This document shows positions 42,328 to 44,669 of a stretch of DNA of 44,669 bases, piece by piece (the stretch's first letter is position 1; each line of letters opens with the position of its first letter). The stretch is from a virus (taxonomy: Duplodnaviria > Caudoviricetes): positions 1 to 44,669 of IMG/VR virus record IMGVR_UViG_3300037467_001233; one strand, written 5' to 3'. The notes under the pieces are model-generated. The model worked only from the letters and a program-made list of their open reading frames with translations, had not been told where the DNA came from and did not search any database. The translations under genes were made by a program, and so were the position numbers.

Positions 42328-43137
42328 ATGGCTACGACACCCAATAAGGGATACGCCGTCCAAAATACCGGCGATAACTCCGGAACATGGGGATCTATCT
42401 TAAATGATGATATGATCTCTGTTGTTGACAACAATCTCGGCGGCATCGTCACCAAGTCCGTAGCCGGTTCCAACATTACGCTTTCCAGCACTGACTCCCA
42501 AATGGCGATTGTGCGTCTCACTGGCGCTCAATCTGCCGACATCCAACTTACAACCTCCTGCATTGGATCTTTCTTTGTAGAAAACCTGACGACGAATTCC
42601 TTCAACATCACGGTCGTCAACGATCAGGTCGCAACGGGAGTCGTTGTTCCGAAAGGACGATCTACAGTTATTTCAGATGCAACGAATGGGTGCCGGATCG
42701 CGGGGACGGACTCATTTCCACCTGGAACCCGTATGCCATTTAACCAATCGGCGGCTCCCACGGGATGGACGAAAGATGGATCGGTAGATGATGCTGCATT
42801 GCGCATTGTCAGCGGTCCAGTCTCATCTGGAGGAACGATAGGGTTCTCAACATTATTCTCGGGACTTGTCGCAGGTACGATCGGTGGAACGGCTTTGACC
42901 GTTAACCAGATTCCGGCGCATACCCACACGGTCACTTCCGCGGGCACGCGAACAGGATCGAATTCGGCTAATCCCGGATCGAGTTTCTTTGCATCGTCAG
43001 GTAACGTTGCGGACTATGGTCCAAAATCGATGACCTCTAGCGGTGTCGGCTCGGGCGCATCTCATACGCACACGTTCACGGGTACGACTAACTTGGATGT
43101 GAAGTACGCGGACTTTATCATTGCGACTAAGAATTAA
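42328..43137 (+). CDS. Tail fibre protein with a collar-like domain
   Basis: TGDNSGTWG N-terminus; FPPGTRMPF.Q.AAPTGWTK; LTVNQIPAHTH; HTH metal-binding fibre motifs. Confidence 0.8.
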   Translation: MATTPNKGYAVQNTGDNSGTWGSILNDDMISVVDNNLGGIVTKSVAGSNITLSSTDSQMAIVRLTGAQSADIQLTTSCIGSFFVENLTTNSFNITVVNDQVATGVVVPKGRSTVISDATNGCRIAGTDSFPPGTRMPFNQSAAPTGWTKDGSVDDAALRIVSGPVSSGGTIGFSTLFSGLVAGTIGGTALTVNQIPAHTHTVTSAGTRTGSNSANPGSSFFASSGNVADYGPKSMTSSGVGSGASHTHTFTGTTNLDVKYADFIIATKN

Positions 43138-43939
43138 GAACCAAAAGTGCATCGCTGTGATCGGACCAGAGAAGCGCGTATCCAGCGGCCGATAGGCATG
43201 AGATACAGTCGCGGTTCCACCTATCCGAATGACGTCGCTCCAGAAATAGACGTCGTGGCCAGAGTGCCCTTGGTGCGCTTTCGATGAACGGTAGAATAAT
43301 CCTGTCTTCGTGACCCTCTGCATCTATTTTCATCGCATCGATGCGATCAATGCAATGGTTAGAGATGATCTGTTCCAGAGTCATAAGAGGAACGGTGATC
43401 TCGGCAAAGCCAGATTGCGCCGCAATACTCGACATTCCTTGCTGGAACGGGTTGACGTGCAAGGCAACACTGCCGCTTTCGTCGCCCACGGCTGCGGGCA
43501 CTACCGTAATGTTATCGAAGCCGTTCGATCTCGCGTTGAACACAAGGCGCCGCTGAAGTTCAGGAATGGGCTCGACGGCAATGACGCGTCCAGTCGTCCC
43601 GACAAGGCGCGCGGCATTGAGCGATATCCACCCGATATTAGCTCCAACATCTAGAAATATGTCTCCGGGTTTGAGTCCAGAAACGATCTTGTCGATGACT
43701 GTCGTGTCGCCTCTGGTACTTCGGATCGCGATGCCTCGCTCGGTCATGTTGTCCGAATAGTACGCTCGGATTTTAAGACCATCGAGTTCGCAATCAATCG
43801 ACGGGTTGAATTTAGCTGCATGCCTCAGAATTGAGTCTCGGATGCCGCCTCGGATCAATTTGAGCCGCGCCGCAGCAATCGCGAGTTTTGGAAATAATGA
43901 CGGCTTCTCGTAACCCCACGCCAAGTTATCAACCGTCAT
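43127..43939 (-). CDS. FkbM-family SAM-dependent methyltransferase (moron)
   Basis: FLDVGANIG, VIAVEP, MKIDAEGHE; GGGAGG RBS before ATG 43939; opposite strand to the late genes. Confidence 0.9.
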   Translation of the reverse strand: MTVDNLAWGYEKPSLFPKLAIAAARLKLIRGGIRDSILRHAAKFNPSIDCELDGLKIRAYYSDNMTERGIAIRSTRGDTTVIDKIVSGLKPGDIFLDVGANIGWISLNAARLVGTTGRVIAVEPIPELQRRLVFNARSNGFDNITVVPAAVGDESGSVALHVNPFQQGMSSIAAQSGFAEITVPLMTLEQIISNHCIDRIDAMKIDAEGHEDRIILPFIESAPRALWPRRLFLERRHSDRWNRDCISCLSAAGYALLWSDHSDALLVLNS

Positions 43940-43981
43940 GTCAATACCCTCCCGCGCCAACGCCCTATATCGGAGCACGAT

Positions 43982-44362
43982 ATGGATATGCTTCCAGATA
44001 AAAACCGCAAGTGTCATCGCTGCAATTTTGAGAAATCCTGTCGAGAATTGGTGCTTTCCGAAGCCTGCCAGCGCTGGTCGAAGATTTCCGGGTCAGACCC
44101 TCAAACCGGGCAGCCTATGGACAAATGGGCCTGCGTCGATGACTTGCATCACATTCTGCTTCTGGAAATTGCCAACCAGACCAACAAGGTTTCGGTGGAA
44201 ACAAACGTTCTTAGGAATGAATTGGCCAAGGCGCATTCAGAACAGATGACCATGAGCGCGATTGCAGTCCAGCGCGCCGGGGATGCAGTTCGAGAGTCCT
44301 TTTCCAAAACTCTGGTCGATTACCTTCCGGAACCGAAAATGAAGCTTATCGGTCAAGCCTAA
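43982..44362 (+). CDS. Cys-containing phage protein often found after tail fibres
   Basis: C..W..I.G.DPQTG...D.W.C...LLLE...Q......VE..RNE; GGAG RBS. Confidence 0.7.
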   Translation: MDMLPDKNRKCHRCNFEKSCRELVLSEACQRWSKISGSDPQTGQPMDKWACVDDLHHILLLEIANQTNKVSVETNVLRNELAKAHSEQMTMSAIAVQRAGDAVRESFSKTLVDYLPEPKMKLIGQA

Positions 44363-44399
44363 AGCGTGCGCGTTTTCAGAAGCGGGGAGAAACCGCGCG

Positions 44400-44606
44400 A
44401 TGATTGAATTGGTCGTTACCGTTTGCTCCATTTTACATGGAGCACACTGTCGGGAAGTCTCGCTGACATTCGCAGAGTTATCTTTGATGCAGTGCCAGAT
44501 CGGCGTCGGCGCGCAAATGCAAATTATGGAGTGGGGCAGGGCGCATCCGAACTGGCGGGTTGAGCGTTATCGCTGCCAGGTGCCGGGGACGTTCGCGAAG
44601 CTCTGA
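44400..44606 (+). CDS. Small Cys-containing hypothetical protein
   Basis: MIELVVTVC...C...C...W...HP.W.V..Y.C; GGGGAG RBS. Confidence 0.7.
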   Translation: MIELVVTVCSILHGAHCREVSLTFAELSLMQCQIGVGAQMQIMEWGRAHPNWRVERYRCQVPGTFAKL

Positions 44607-44669
44607 TCACGCAATGCGCATGACGAAGCGCGTAAGTGCAAATTCGTCGATTTTCTGAACATATCGGGG

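Noticed and set aside
1-44669. Integrase, att sites, lysis cassette, tRNA genes, defence systems
   Set aside because: None recognisable in this window; integration and lysis genes probably lie beyond its edges

Overview
Most of a temperate, podovirus-like phage or prophage, probably of an alphaproteobacterial host (it carries a GcrA homologue and an alpha-type SSB). Gene order: immunity region (cI/cro with GGTAC-N5-GTACC operators on both sides of cI), a ~500-nt hairpin-dense non-coding leader, gcrA, replication genes (initiator with internal iterons, DnaB, SSB), a putative late regulator with a late promoter and terminator, packaging genes, head genes (portal, GroES-like protein, scaffold, major capsid), tail and fibre genes, ejection proteins and two reverse-strand morons. 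No integrase or lysis gene is visible in the window. The strongest signal is a fractured terminase large subunit: two separate ORFs carry the N- and C-halves of a naturally split intein inserted in the ATPase Walker B motif, with a free-standing GIY-YIG endonuclease between them. Other notable signals are a [YFMKR]xxGGx[VI] motif repeated 14 times across five virion-region proteins plus a candidate processing domain, a shared KA[KR]xRLDR motif in three small head-region proteins, a GcrA-type GANTC site inside the late promoter, a probably non-cleavable CI and two structured RNA leaders. All product calls come from reading motifs and gene order by eye; no database search was run.
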